A DNA stretch of 57,394 bases, filler included, from Streblomastix strix (lineage: Eukaryota): assembly GCA_008636045.1 (NCBI GenBank). It is 3 parts of 3 records of this genome, joined end to end, with 100 filler letters (N's around TTAATTAATTAA, not from the genome) between each part and the next. Parts side by side here need not be neighbours in the genome. Positions count along the whole stretch, not along the records: positions 19,176 to 38,235 come from SNRW01000548.1; 2 more parts are not named here. One strand, 5' to 3'. Below are positions 24,113 to 38,335 of the stretch, in pieces. A program made the position numbers and the translations under genes. Numbering within the stretch: the stretch's first letter is position 1; each line of letters begins with the position of its first letter. The notes beneath the pieces are model-generated. The model worked only from the letters and a program-made list of their open reading frames with translations, was not told the origin of the DNA and ran no database searches.

Positions 24113-25028
24113 CCCCAAATGATTGGATATATATCTAATTAAATAAAATATATTGAAAAATTTATTCAATTTTATTATGCAGTGCATTAATGCTCATAAA
24201 AAAAATTTTTTTTAATAAATTACTTTGTGGAGTTAATTAAAATATTTATGTTGAATTATAATATTATAATTATATATTTTAATCTAAGTTTTATAAAACT
24301 AATATAAGTAGCAATATTTTAAGTTCAAAACTTTAATGAAATATCAAAAATATGAAATTCTGAAAATATATAAGAGAAATGTTTATGATCTTAGATTTGA
24401 ATATAAAAAACATAACTGTAAAATGAAACTTATAAGGGAATGCAATAGAATTTTAGTGATGAAACAAAGTTACTCATAATTATAGAGACGATAAGGCACA
24501 TTTTAGAAAAAAAATAATAATTCTATTATTTAGTTGTTATATTAATAAATTAAATTCTAGAATGCACAATAAAAAATATATACCTTGCAATATTGTTAAT
24601 ATATTAATTATTAACAATTTATTTTCAATTTTGCAAATTTCTCATTATCGTACATATTAATAGTAAGATATATCAGTTTATTTAATATATTCATTTGCAC
24701 ATTTATTCTTTATAATTATTGTTATAGTACAATATCTCCAGATTATAGAGAAAAATCCGAGTTATTTAAAATTTATTCCCACTCCTTATCAGCTTTTCAT
24801 TCATCACAATGTCAATAATTTTAATATAATAATTTTTTCAAATGCCTTATTTATATAAATTTTTAAATTTTAATCTATTATTTTTACGAATTTAATGAAC
24901 ATTTTCCTTTTAAATTAAAAATACGTTTAATTATACATATTTAAATTCATTTTTTTAATTTTTGTCAAAAATTAAGTCTTATATTATTCAAATTATTTTT
25001 ATTTATATTTCATCGAAAAAATAGGTCA

Positions 25029-27182
25029 ATGGATCCAGAACCAACCCATACTCATAGTGTTTAAGAATATCTTAGTGTCGGATTGCCTGGTGTGTTTTAA
25101 TTTTATTTATCATATAAAACTTCTTTCCATTTTTATTTTTTTTATTTATTTCATAGTAATTTATGGGTCAGGATGCATTATAACACTAGCTTCACTTTAT
25201 TTCATTTGTCTCCTCTGCAGCGTATAACAGCTTGCATCTGCACTTATGCAATCCAAAAGGAGGAAGAATACATCAAAAATTATTTTCCTGCTTCTTCTAT
25301 CGTTATTCCTATTTGCACGAACTTTTTTGCTCGTTGTACCCTTACCAATCAGTAGTTTTGTTGTATTTCAATTGGTTGGTGTAGAAATTCCAGTCTTCAT
25401 TCTTTTCGTAACTTGGCAAACACTTGCTTTATGGTTCAGCAATTCATTCCGTAGTAGTAAAGTGTAGAGTAATATGCCATGCAGACGATTTTTATTCGCG
25501 TTCTTCTTCATTTCAATATTCGGACTCTTCATTGCATTCTTTATTCAAACATTAATATCATCGCATCATTAGCACGATACTGGAGCTCAGGACTATGACA
25601 AGTCAGAACTCATATTTACAACATCTGCTCTATTCTTAATCGTGCTTTCAATTTTATATTATAGTGTGAATTTAGTTTTACGGATACTTAAAACGCTGAA
25701 ATAGATTGAAATAAGTATAGAGAATGAAGAAATAAACACAAATTAATACCAGAAACAGAATAATCAATGGAATAACGAATACAATTAATCACAAATATAC
25801 TCAAATGAATATGATAATACTAATAACCATGATTAATATTCTACTTCATCATCATTGTATCAGCCAACAACTATTACTACAAATCCCAAATAAAACTCTC
25901 AGATGAGTAATTTTCCATAATCTAAAACTATCAATGCGCTCCTTGAAGTTAAGCATTCGTTTAAATGGCGATTGAATTTGCTTATTTTGATGGTTTCTGT
26001 ACTGTTTATAACATTCGTTTTCCGTTTCTGTTATAACTTGTTCTATTTATGTGGTATAAATGTTATATAGAAATCATTATCTAAGTTAATAGATGACTCT
26101 GTTTAGAATGATGCTAGATGGTTTGAATATTATTACTTATAAATAATTTTATAATTTTAAATATTATTTATTATTTATATTATTATTATTATTAATATTA
26201 TTATTACTTATAAAAATATTTATAAAATTTTAAATGATATTTTTTATTTTTTATTTTTTATTTCCTCATTTCCTTTTTTTTTACTTCCTTATTTCCTTAT
26301 TTCCTTATTTCCTTATTTTTTACTATTCATTTATTAATAATTAGGGGAAAATATTATGCAGCCTACTTAGCGTTCTATTTTGTATAGGTATATAATGAAT
26401 ATAATCAAGTTTAAATAAATTCATTACTTTAATTAAATTAATGTATAAGAAATTTTTATTCACTATTAATTATTATTCTTATATATATTAATTTGTTCAA
26501 TAACATAATATAATATAAACAACAGGAGATTATTCCATCAGCCACACTTCTCTTCACATTCATGATATTATCAATTTCATCTCCATAGTAACCATCTTCA
26601 AACTAGTCATCAAATCACGATTAGAACAACGATTATTCCTCATCATCAGAGCAAAATGCTGATCATACTTTTATAGAATATAATCAGTAACAACATACAA
26701 CATACAACGCACTTGAATCAACTCCTTTACGAGCTCTTCCACATCAGCAAACACGAAGTAATTCATAATAATAATAATAAAATTCACACCACAATTCAAT
26801 CAAATAATCAAAGCGGAGTCAGAAATAACCATATAATTACAACTCATCTAAATAACCCCACGACTAAGATCAAGAGGATACCAATGGTAGCACCACATCA
26901 AAAGGAACAACAATTTCTAGTTCAGACAGTGGTACTGATTTCTATTATGACAGTGTTAGCGCATATCAGCAATTCCTCAATCTATACTAATTTAGCGAGA
27001 ATATCGAAGGGTTTATTTATCCTGATATGGTTGATGAATAGAGTTTAGCGAAAGATGTTGAGTTAGATGAAGAAGGGGAAAAGGAAAGACACAGAAAAAG
27101 AAGAAAACCACATAAGATTTCATCCAGCTCGCACAGCAAAAGCGGAAAGTCGCACCGAAAGAGGGTTCAGGAAGATTTATGA
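25029..27182 (+). CDS. Multi-pass membrane protein, GPR137/TOM1-THH1-like 7TM, multi-exon
   Basis: About seven hydrophobic segments (KIIFLLLLSLFLFARTFLLVVP; EIPVFILFVTWQTLALWF; LLILMVSVLFITFVFRFCYNL; EIIPSATLLFTF) and a long hydrophilic tail ending RKRVQEDL*. Confidence 0.65.
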
Positions 27183-27404
27183 TTTATTTATGAGTTATTT
27201 ATATATTTTTATATATTTATGTAAATAAATATTGTATATTTATGGATTATTATATTTTTAACTTAAAAATTGAGCAATATATTTGCGAACAAACCTTTGT
27301 TTATTTAAATAATTCATGTTAATACTTTCTATGCAATTACTAACACAAATGGATAATATTTAAATAAAAATTTATAATAAAAATACCATCCTTTACCTAC
27401 TTTA

Positions 27405-27870
27405 ATGCGTCTTATATAGCATCAAGATGATGAAATTGCTTATATAACTTTTTGTTCAATATATAACATTTTGATGTATGGTACAAATTCTACAGAAATA
27501 TAAGAATAGCATCCATATTTCAATGAAATTGATAAATAAAGTTGGCATTCAGTAGTTCTTTAATACATTTTAAGATGAGAATGAAAGTTAGAAAGTCCGA
27601 AATTTATCTTCTTTGTGTTATGGATTACTAAATAGGGCAAGACAAATTGAAGATGCAAATATGAAGTAGATAATTATTTAACATCTAATTGAGCTTACAA
27701 ATGATTTTGATCCATGGACAAGCAGACAAGCAAATCATATTCTTGTAGGATTGGCTCAGAATAAAAGTATGAACAAAAAACACAAAATTTTAAAGATTGT
27801 TTAAATTATTATTATTTCTTGTTTATTAAGGTAATATGAATGAAATTAAAAGAGATGGATATTAACTTGA
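27405..27870 (+). pseudogene. Fragment of expanded ARM-like hypothetical family
   Basis: HPYFNEI...LSSLCYGLLNRARQIEDANMKQIIIQHL...DPWT...LVGLAQN, with in-frame TGA/frameshift near 27575. Confidence 0.45.
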
Positions 27871-28390
27871 TGTAGAGTAATGAATATAAAGATGAAAGAA
27901 AGAATGATTTAATTGTGTTGAAAATTGAAATTTATTTGATTATTACTTAATAACACAGTGTTGAATATATTCTTTATATATTTAATCACATAACTTTTTG
28001 TATTTGTGTTGAAATATTCACTCTCTCTTATCATATTGTTAAATCTATTCTTTTTAAAAAATATCCTTAAATTTTGTCTTAAACTTTGCAAATAGTTAAT
28101 AAATTGTATATTTCTTAAATATGTTTGCGAATAGAATTAGTATTTAATAAAAACAACATGTGATAAAACCTATTATTTATTCAATATCTTATTTTTATAT
28201 ATCAAATATAAACTGTTAAAAATATCAAAAATTAATTATTCACAAATAAATAAATACTCATAATTCCTTTTGAGTGATAAATTAATATTCAAACATATTC
28301 TTTATTCCATATTATATAGTGATATTCATTGCTAATCATTACCATCAACATATATCCCTCCTCCTCTATTTCAAAATCTAATCTTTAACA

Positions 28391-29128
28391 TCAATGATGT
28401 CCAGACCTTCTAGCACCTCCACCTGCACGTCGAGCAGGTGCAGCATGGTGAGTAGGCGCAGCATGGTGAGTAGGTGCAGCATGGTGGGTAGGCGCTGTAT
28501 GATGTACAGGCGCTGCATGGTGTGTTGTTGAGCTGTGGAAGACTGAATGTGATGGACCAGTGTGGTGGGTGTAGCTGCTTGTGTAGCTGGTTGTATGCAC
28601 CACTGTTGAATAGGCTGGTTGCACTTGGATGGCTGTGACTGTTTATGCTTGGTTGAATTGTGCTGTTATTTCAGGGTTGTATCCTGGAGCTGTCGGAGCT
28701 TCATAGTAGATATCGAAGTCACCGTCCCCACAGAATTCGCCATTTGAGGTGGAGAATGGGATTCTTCGGGTTCCTTTGGCATTGAGAAATTCTTCAAATG
28801 GGACATGGACGAAGCCGATGTAATCATCGCTACCGATCGTGTCATGGTCCCAAAGCTCCATTATGAGGACGCGGGTTTCGCTTGATGGATCATAATTGAA
28901 CACAAACTCTAAATTATAAAAAATAATAAATTATCTTTAAACAAAAATGAAAAATAGTTTCAGACATTCATTGAAGTAGGGGTTTGCGTTATCTGAAATA
29001 ACCTTTGTTTGTGCTGCTAATTTACCAACTGACAGCTTGATGTAAGGATCTGATTCCCCTATTGGATCCATTGATTTGACATTAAAGCACTAGATGCACG
29101 TTACGAAGATTCGTCCGGCGTATGTCAT
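28391..29128 (-). CDS. C2-domain protein with His-rich repeat tail
   Basis: MDPIGESDPYIKL...NANPYFNE|QFVF...ELWDHDTIGSDDYIG (Ca-binding Asp residues); intron 28909-28965; read-through of TAA at 28643 joins the two listed ORFs; HHAAPT repeats. Confidence 0.92.
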
Positions 29129-29550
29129 CTGTCACGAGAATAAAAATAAATAAATTATTAAATTTTTAAATATAGTTGTTTCACAAACTATAAGCGATTT
29201 TTGAAATAATAAATATAATTATAAAAAAGTTCACTTATTATTTAAATATGAATACATGATAAAGTAACTCCGTTTTAGCAAAAAAAATGAATAATATAAT
29301 AATTTCTTGTTAAATCACACCAATATGAATTATTTACAATGTTAAGTGTAAAATATAAAGAAAAATAGTAATTTGAATATATATGGAAATTTGATGAATA
29401 TTGTTGAACCTTTATTCAATTCGGAAAACGAAATTCAATTTACCATCACTGCAATCATTCTGGATTTCTCAAAATATATTTGCAATTTTTGAATAAAAAT
29501 TCCTATAAAAAAATATAACATTGATCTGATCTAATTTTATGAGTTTTGAT

Positions 29551-29765
29551 CAGTGTTTTTCCTAAGGGTGCGGTATGGCGTAGGTCTACGTCGTTCTTTT
29601 GGCCTTACCTACGTCAAACTTTTGGGGTTCCTACTCCACTTGTTTTCAATAATATATATTATATATCAATAATTTTTATAAAAATTTTTGGGCTCGGCCC
29701 TTCGGGCCTCGCATTTACTATAAAATTTTCATTAAATTAATATTTCGTTACGCCAAACTTTTTTG
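29551..29765. mobile_element. Possible single terminus of a hAT-like DNA transposon
   Basis: GC-richer island starting CAGTGTTTTTC with repeated TACG(T/C)CA motifs and a GGCCC-TTC-GGGCC hairpin; no partner TIR seen. Confidence 0.4.
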
Positions 29766-30759
29766 ATGTTAAATTTTTTTTTATTTTTTATTTACTAATT
29801 TTTCTGCACATCCAACATTATAAATTTTCTTTTATTAGTTTATTTAGCGATAATTTATTTATATTTAATCTCTAATTATATCACTAAACACAATATATTG
29901 AATAGAAACAAGATATAATTTCATTTGATCGCAAAAATGGATATTTTAAAGTAATTTTAACAATTGAAAAATAGAATTTAACTTTAATTTGTAATAAATT
30001 ATTGAATTGAAATTGTATTATAATTTTCAAGCTGAAAACATTTGTTTTAATTACATATTATAGTTCAATTATCTTCTTGATTATTTAAATGCTTTTTCTT
30101 CTTCCATTTTATGACTATTTATGTATCTTTTATATTAAACATACAGCTTCTCTGCAATGAATGTACCTTAAGAGTACAATGTCATTAATGGACTACTTGG
30201 ATTGGGTTAAGATATATTTTTAGAAGTACTCTATGAAATGTATGAAATTCAGGACGTTTAGCAGCTCTTAGCATTATGCGCAAAAACTCATAAATTGATG
30301 AACCACTAAAGATTTTGTTCAATTATGAGATAATTAAGTATATATAGCTAGAATTAATAGAAAACTAATAAGATTAATTATTATTTGTAATATTGAGATA
30401 ATAATTATAATTACCAATTTTTCTTTCTACTCTGTCTATATTAATTTATTATTACTCAACAATTGCAATATATACTTTCATAAAATAATAAGTTAATGTT
30501 AAATACACATATATAATACCATCATTAGATGATATTTAAGTTGATGAGAGTTCATTCAAATGTTCTTCGGATGATAATGTTTCAAATATTCTTTTCAATC
30601 CAATAATCAAAAGCGGAATAGTTAAGTTCAGCTTTATCAACTTTAATAGTGTATCAGGTAATAGAAATATTTTATATTAATTTAATAAATATTTTATATT
30701 AATTTAAATTTATATCTATTTAATATATAAACAGCTTTTGGAATTGTCGATTAATCTGT

Positions 30760-31467
30760 ATACTTTGGTAGAAATGAGTATCCTGATTCATAAGGTATTC
30801 ATTATTTTAAAAACATAAGTAATATTTAATATTTTGAAATTATTAATTTATTTTATTATTATTTATGTATCTTATAAAGATGAAAAGAAGATAGTTTAGT
30901 ATTTACGCAGGTATGCTTTATATATATTTTTTAAAATTTTCATGTAATTTATTGTATTATTTTTTGTTCTTTTATTTCAGTGGAAGAATCCACCATATTG
31001 GTGATGGAATATGGATTGAAGGAAATAAAAAGTTTGAAAATAATGATTGCATTTCGTTAGAGGTTTGTTGAATGATTTTAAAGAACAATTTGTTAAAAAT
31101 TTGAAATTTTAAATAATTTTCTATTTTAAATATTTAAATTAGTTAAATATGGATTCTTGTCCTCACACTCTTACATTCTTTATCAATGATTAAGAGCAAA
31201 AAAATTATATCACTAATTTACCAAATGCTGTTAGATTTTGGGTTTTAATTAATTATTTTTTGATTATTAATTAAACATTTAATAATAACTATTATTACTT
31301 AACAATTCATTCTTTATTTACAATCATATGCTATCTTATAGATTTTCTTAGTCTTTAAAGGGTCTTTTTTCAAGATTTTGAAATTCGAATATATTTAATA
31401 TCCATTGGCTAAACATATTTTTGGTTCTAGTGCTCATGAATATGGAAAATAATGGATTAAAAAATGA
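30760..31467 (+). CDS. SPRY/B30.2-like domain protein (expanded family), 5' part unclear
   Basis: Exons HIGDGIWIEGNKKFENNDCISLE|LNMDSCPHTLTFFINDQEQKNYITNLPNAVRFW|...HEYGKQWIKK* separated by short GT-AG introns. Confidence 0.6.
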
Positions 31468-31716
31468 TGTTCCAATTATTTTATTTCATTATATGAACTT
31501 ACCACTTCAAATTTTTCTATACTAACTAAAATACAATACGTGATAATCAATCAAAATAAAGAGTAAAGTTATATCGCTATAAGTCCTTTATTTGGATTTA
31601 ACAGTGTTAATATACATTAAATGATTTGAAATATGCATGTATTAATTATTTTGAAAAAATATATACTATCAGAATCATTTACAAAATCATCTACCAGATT
31701 GAAACGGCAATAATTC

Positions 31717-33374
<1,658 letters not shown>

Positions 33375-33951
33375 TATCTGAAAATAATGTAAAACGACAA
33401 ATAAAAAATTAATATTGATTTTAATCAGAAAAATGCAACAAAAATGAGTGATATGATATGAAATAAATTCATTTAATGGGAAAATAAATCAAAATAATAA
33501 AGTATAATAGTATTTCTAGGGAGTTTTAAAAATGAAATTTTTTCTGTGAATTTTTGACTTATTAGATAATTTAAGTTGGAGGTGTAGTTATGAATAAATA
33601 AATAAAAAATGTTTTAATTGAAAGAGCACTAAAAAAATGTAAAACGTATTTTGTTTAGGCGTAAAGATATAATTTTTATTTTTATTTAGCACGGATAATA
33701 AATCGAGAATATATTTTGTTATTTCAAAATTTATTTTATTGTACTACTCTAAATAAATTGAATTCAAAATCATTTAAGCTATATTTGAAAAGAAAATTAA
33801 CTTTCAGATTTTCTCGTGCTATACATAAATTTATAAAACAAATTATTTATTATTTTATATATTCCAAGTAATATAAAAATTTTAATGTTTAAGCCATCAT
33901 TATTAAGATTTTTTCAATTTCAAATAGTTTTATTAGTTTAATTTATTTAGA

Positions 33952-35424
33952 ATGAATCAATCTTGCACTCTTTAGTAAGAGAATAATAAAATCAAATAAA
34001 TTCTAATTGGTCCATCAATCTAACTTATTTTGAATATGAAAGAAATATAAATTGTTATTGAATCAGAATAATTGACTGATGAAGATAAAGAAATAAAGAT
34101 TCGAGAAATATTTGAAGAATTGAAAAATAAAGATAAGAATTTTCTATAAGAAATATTCAACAAAGATGCTTTCAAAGGTCTGGTCTTCTATTCAAAATCG
34201 AGATTCACATTAAATAAAAAGTTGAGATGATAAAAAAAGAAAATAATATGATATCTTAAGAAATACTTGAATAATTGATAAGAATATATTTAAGGACCAA
34301 ATGGACAGATAATTGATAAAGAAATGATTGATTTATGCTCAAGAGGCTTAGAAAAGTATTTTTCTGATGTATTGAATAAACATTAAAACATTGAATAACT
34401 TAAAGATAATGAAATAATGATAAAAGAAAAGAATAAAAAATTTAAGAAAGATTTAATTGAGTCATCATCACTATTTCATGTATTTAGACATTTTATATTC
34501 ATGAATGAAAAAGTTACCGATCAGATAATAAAGTTAATGAAAGAATGCATTTCTCCAACAATACGTATCAACTGTCCTAATGAACTTCAATGTCCATTAT
34601 GTATTACTGTTCCAAATTTAAAAGTTGTTCAATAATTAAAAACAGTTATATTCAACTCAGTTGCAATTGCATCTAAGAGCAATTAAAATTTCAGTGATTT
34701 TTTGATGATTAATCATAATATTCTACATCATGTTTATCATTCTATTATATTATTTGCCATTTCATATCTACATAATAAGAATAAGAATGAAAATTAATAA
34801 TAATAATCATACATAAGTCCTTCATTCTTAAATTCATCTATTTTTTTACTTCATAATCTCTTATCTGATAGACCAACAAATTGTAAATATATTGCAGATA
34901 TTCCAAGCATTCTTTCTTCTCTGATTAAACTTATAAATTTCAATCTCAAAACACTCATTGATAAAGATGATGATGAACTAGCAAACGAGATTAGAAAGAA
35001 CAGCAGAAAATGTCTGAATTAAGTACAGTAGTATGGAGATGAATCAATACAGGCTTAACTATCATCATTGGGATATGCATGTTCGTTATCATTAACAATA
35101 AGTACAGCATGTGGATCTGTAGAAGAATATGATGATGAGATCTGGTCCTAATTATTCACCATCAGATAATTCTTATCTGGTCTTCAAAAAGGAAGATTAA
35201 CATCGTATTTGGATAATTAGCTTTAATTACAAGCAAAAACAACACCAGTTAATTAGCCAATTGAACAAATAGAAGAAGAAGGTGGATTAGAAGAGATAGA
35301 AGATCATCAATTTAATGGAAGTATTGATAATATCAAGTTTGGAGCAAATGAGGCCAAATATGTTTTGTAATACATTCAAATTGGCTTGAGTAATCCAAAT
35401 CCATGGTGGTACTGGCTATTTTGA
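33952..35424 (+). pseudogene. ARM-like hypothetical protein, expanded family, local frame disruption
   Basis: Same frame from ATG 33952 to TGA 35424 except stops at ~34228-34280; motifs INCPNELQCP, STACGSVEE, EQIEEEGGLEEIE. Confidence 0.6.
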
Positions 35425-35664
35425 TCTTAAAAGATATTTTTTATTTACTAACTTTATTCATATTTTTTATTGAAAATATTATAGTATTTTATTATTTTGA
35501 TTTTATATCTTAACCATAATTAATATTATTTAATTGATACTTAAAATTCTTTGACAATAAACAAATAATAATCATTTATTTAACAATTTCTTTATTAAGT
35601 ATATACATTTAAAAATAATAATGATAAATTACATTTATTCAACAAATATTTATATTTGTATTCA

Positions 35665-37263
35665 TCATGCCCAGAAAAATATTGATGGAACATCTTTGGT
35701 ATTGATTATGATTCTTTAAGTTTAATCTGGCAATTCTTCGAATGTTTATTCATCTTCATCAAATATCTTGAACAAATAAGCTTCAAATTCTTCATATCCT
35801 CCTCCGCTTTCTGTTTATTCTTCAACAATTTTTTCCATTTCATTCAATCGTGGACATTTTTCTGTTCCAGTTTTAATTTGATAGAAGATATTGTTAAAAA
35901 TTAATAAAGCAATTTCATTAAAAAATATACAATCTTCTTGATTTCCACCTCCTATTCCAAATATTTCAATCATTTATCTGGCAAATAGAAGTTCGGTAAT
36001 AATTTTCATTTTCAATTAATTGTCAATAATAAGCCAAATCAACAAAATGTTAATTAGGCTATTTAACCTTATTCTTTTAGATAGTTCATTATTTGTTTTA
36101 TCATCATTCTTTTATCTATTGTATTTTGAGAGTGCAATTAATAACAAAATTATTTGATCAATTTTAGTCACTTATTATAATAGTATAGAATTATAATATA
36201 GAAAATTGATAAACAGATCAATAGATTCATCTATATTCAAAATTGATACAGGTAGATGATCTGACAATAAAATCTAAGATGAATGCATATTCAGTTAAAT
36301 TGTTGATGGTAAAGAATAATTTGATGTTTGTTGTGAAAATGAAATGATTTATTAAACAATGTGATTAATAATGTCGTGATTATTCAACAAATATTATTTT
36401 GCTGTTTCATTATCTTATATAATTAAACTAATGACTCTAATTACACATAGTGATAGATCCAAATTTGTAGATGATTAAATGATATTGATAGATTTATTGC
36501 AATGAACATTAATTGGGCAATTAATATGCAATAATGGAGAAATAATCTCATGTGTCTTGCGAACAACAAAATAATTCACATACTCTTCATAAATAGCTAT
36601 TTATTCAATAGATTTCAACAATTTTATTGCTTCTTTCATTTCTTTTTCTAAAATCTTATCTTTTTCAATCTAATTCTTTCTTTTCTTCTTCTTTTGCTAA
36701 TCATTTGTAATTCTTATTATATTTTTAACTAATATCTTAATATGTGAATTTAATACTTTTCTACATTAAAATAATCTCTAATTATCATCTTAATAATAAG
36801 AATAGATGAAAACAATAATTGTTGCAAGTTTAATTGTATATTCAGAATATTAAAACTTTTTATTTTATCTTGTATCATTTAGAAACTATTCATAAAATAT
36901 ATCTTAAATCTTTTGGGTTAAACATGTTTCTTCAAAAATATTAAAGTATTTAAATTCTTCAATAAAAAATTAGTCTAATCCTTATTCAACAATCATTTCA
37001 ATAATTCCAATAAGTTCTTTCTCAATGTATGTTCTTCCATGTCCAAATTGTTTTGCAAAACTCATGCATAAATCTTTTGTAACTCTTATCTAAATATTGT
37101 GCTGTATGAATTGATTTACATAATTTATTATTTATTTTATTTTCTATTCATTTGAAATATGAGTTTGAGTCTTTTGAATTGATTGTAATAATTTGAGAAT
37201 TTTGAATTGGTTTGATTCAAATTCTTTCGCAGAAATGATAGCACTAGAATTAGTCATTTCCAT
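35665..37263 (-). CDS. ARM-like hypothetical protein, paralog of 33952-35424
   Basis: Intronless code-6 ORF with in-frame ends; motifs HINCPINVHC, NNHDIINHI, GIGGGNQED, EQTESGGGYEEFEAYLF. Confidence 0.7.
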
Positions 37264-38235
37264 TTTAACTATGAGAACAAATGAAATATATAAAGGAAAA
37301 AATATTATATAGAATAAATCAATTTAGAAAAATTGATGAAAATAAGATAATTTTAAAAAATAATCGTATAATTTAATAAATATAATAGATATAACGAAAT
37401 AAAACAAGGGGAAATTGTTGTGCAAAATATAAAGTCAATGATAAATTTATTATTAAATCAATTATTTAAAAATTAGATAGATTTTAAATGGCATATTTAT
37501 TAAAAATAAAACAATTCAAGAAATTGGATGTTTCTAAATGAAATAATTAACATTATCAAGAGTTATATCTTAATATATTTTTCAATTTGATAAAAATTGT
37601 TATAAAAATTATTTTTTAGTTTGTTGTTATGTGGAAAATGGCTAAAACATGTTTTTCAATAATAGTTCTAAGAATAGATCCAATAGAATATTCTATATTG
37701 CAAATATTTATATAAAATACTCCATAAAAATAAATTAATATAATTTCAATGATACTATGAGCACTGTTTGTGATATTTAGTACGATTTTTTCTTACAATA
37801 ATAAATCTTGCCCAACCTTCCTTGTATAAAAATTTGTCTAATTTGCTTTAATAATTACAATGTTTTTTATGTAATATTTATTATTTATAGAAACTGATCC
37901 TGGTTAATCAAAACCGAAAATTTTAATTAGTATTTTTTATTGCTTTTAGAATCCACTCATGAAACATAAAATATTTAAATAAATTCAAATATAATAGTCA
38001 ATCCTACTCGAAGGATCATAAAACATATTTATCAACTAATTCTTCAGATCATAAGCAAGCATTTGAGTTGTGCATTGTTCATAGCAGTTTTCAATTCGAT
38101 GCAAACAAACTCCAATCTCTTCATTGCCACCTTCTGCTTCAATTTGCTCAATAACAGTTATCATATCTTATGTTTGGTGGTTTTATTCATCATAACAGTC
38201 CATAGACCACAGCAAATGTACAATGCAGAAAATAG

Positions 38236-38335
38236 NNNNNNNNNNNNNNNNNNNNNNNNNNNNNNNNNNNNNNNNNNNNTTAATTAATTAANNNNNNNNN
38301 NNNNNNNNNNNNNNNNNNNNNNNNNNNNNNNNNNN
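38236..38335. other. Artificial contig spacer
   Basis: 44 N + TTAATTAATTAA + 44 N. Confidence 0.99.

Noticed and set aside
37620..38235. Partial gene at the end of contig 2 (also 30060-30720)
   Set aside because: Coding-like patches, but no consistent frame or recognisable motif could be established by eye.
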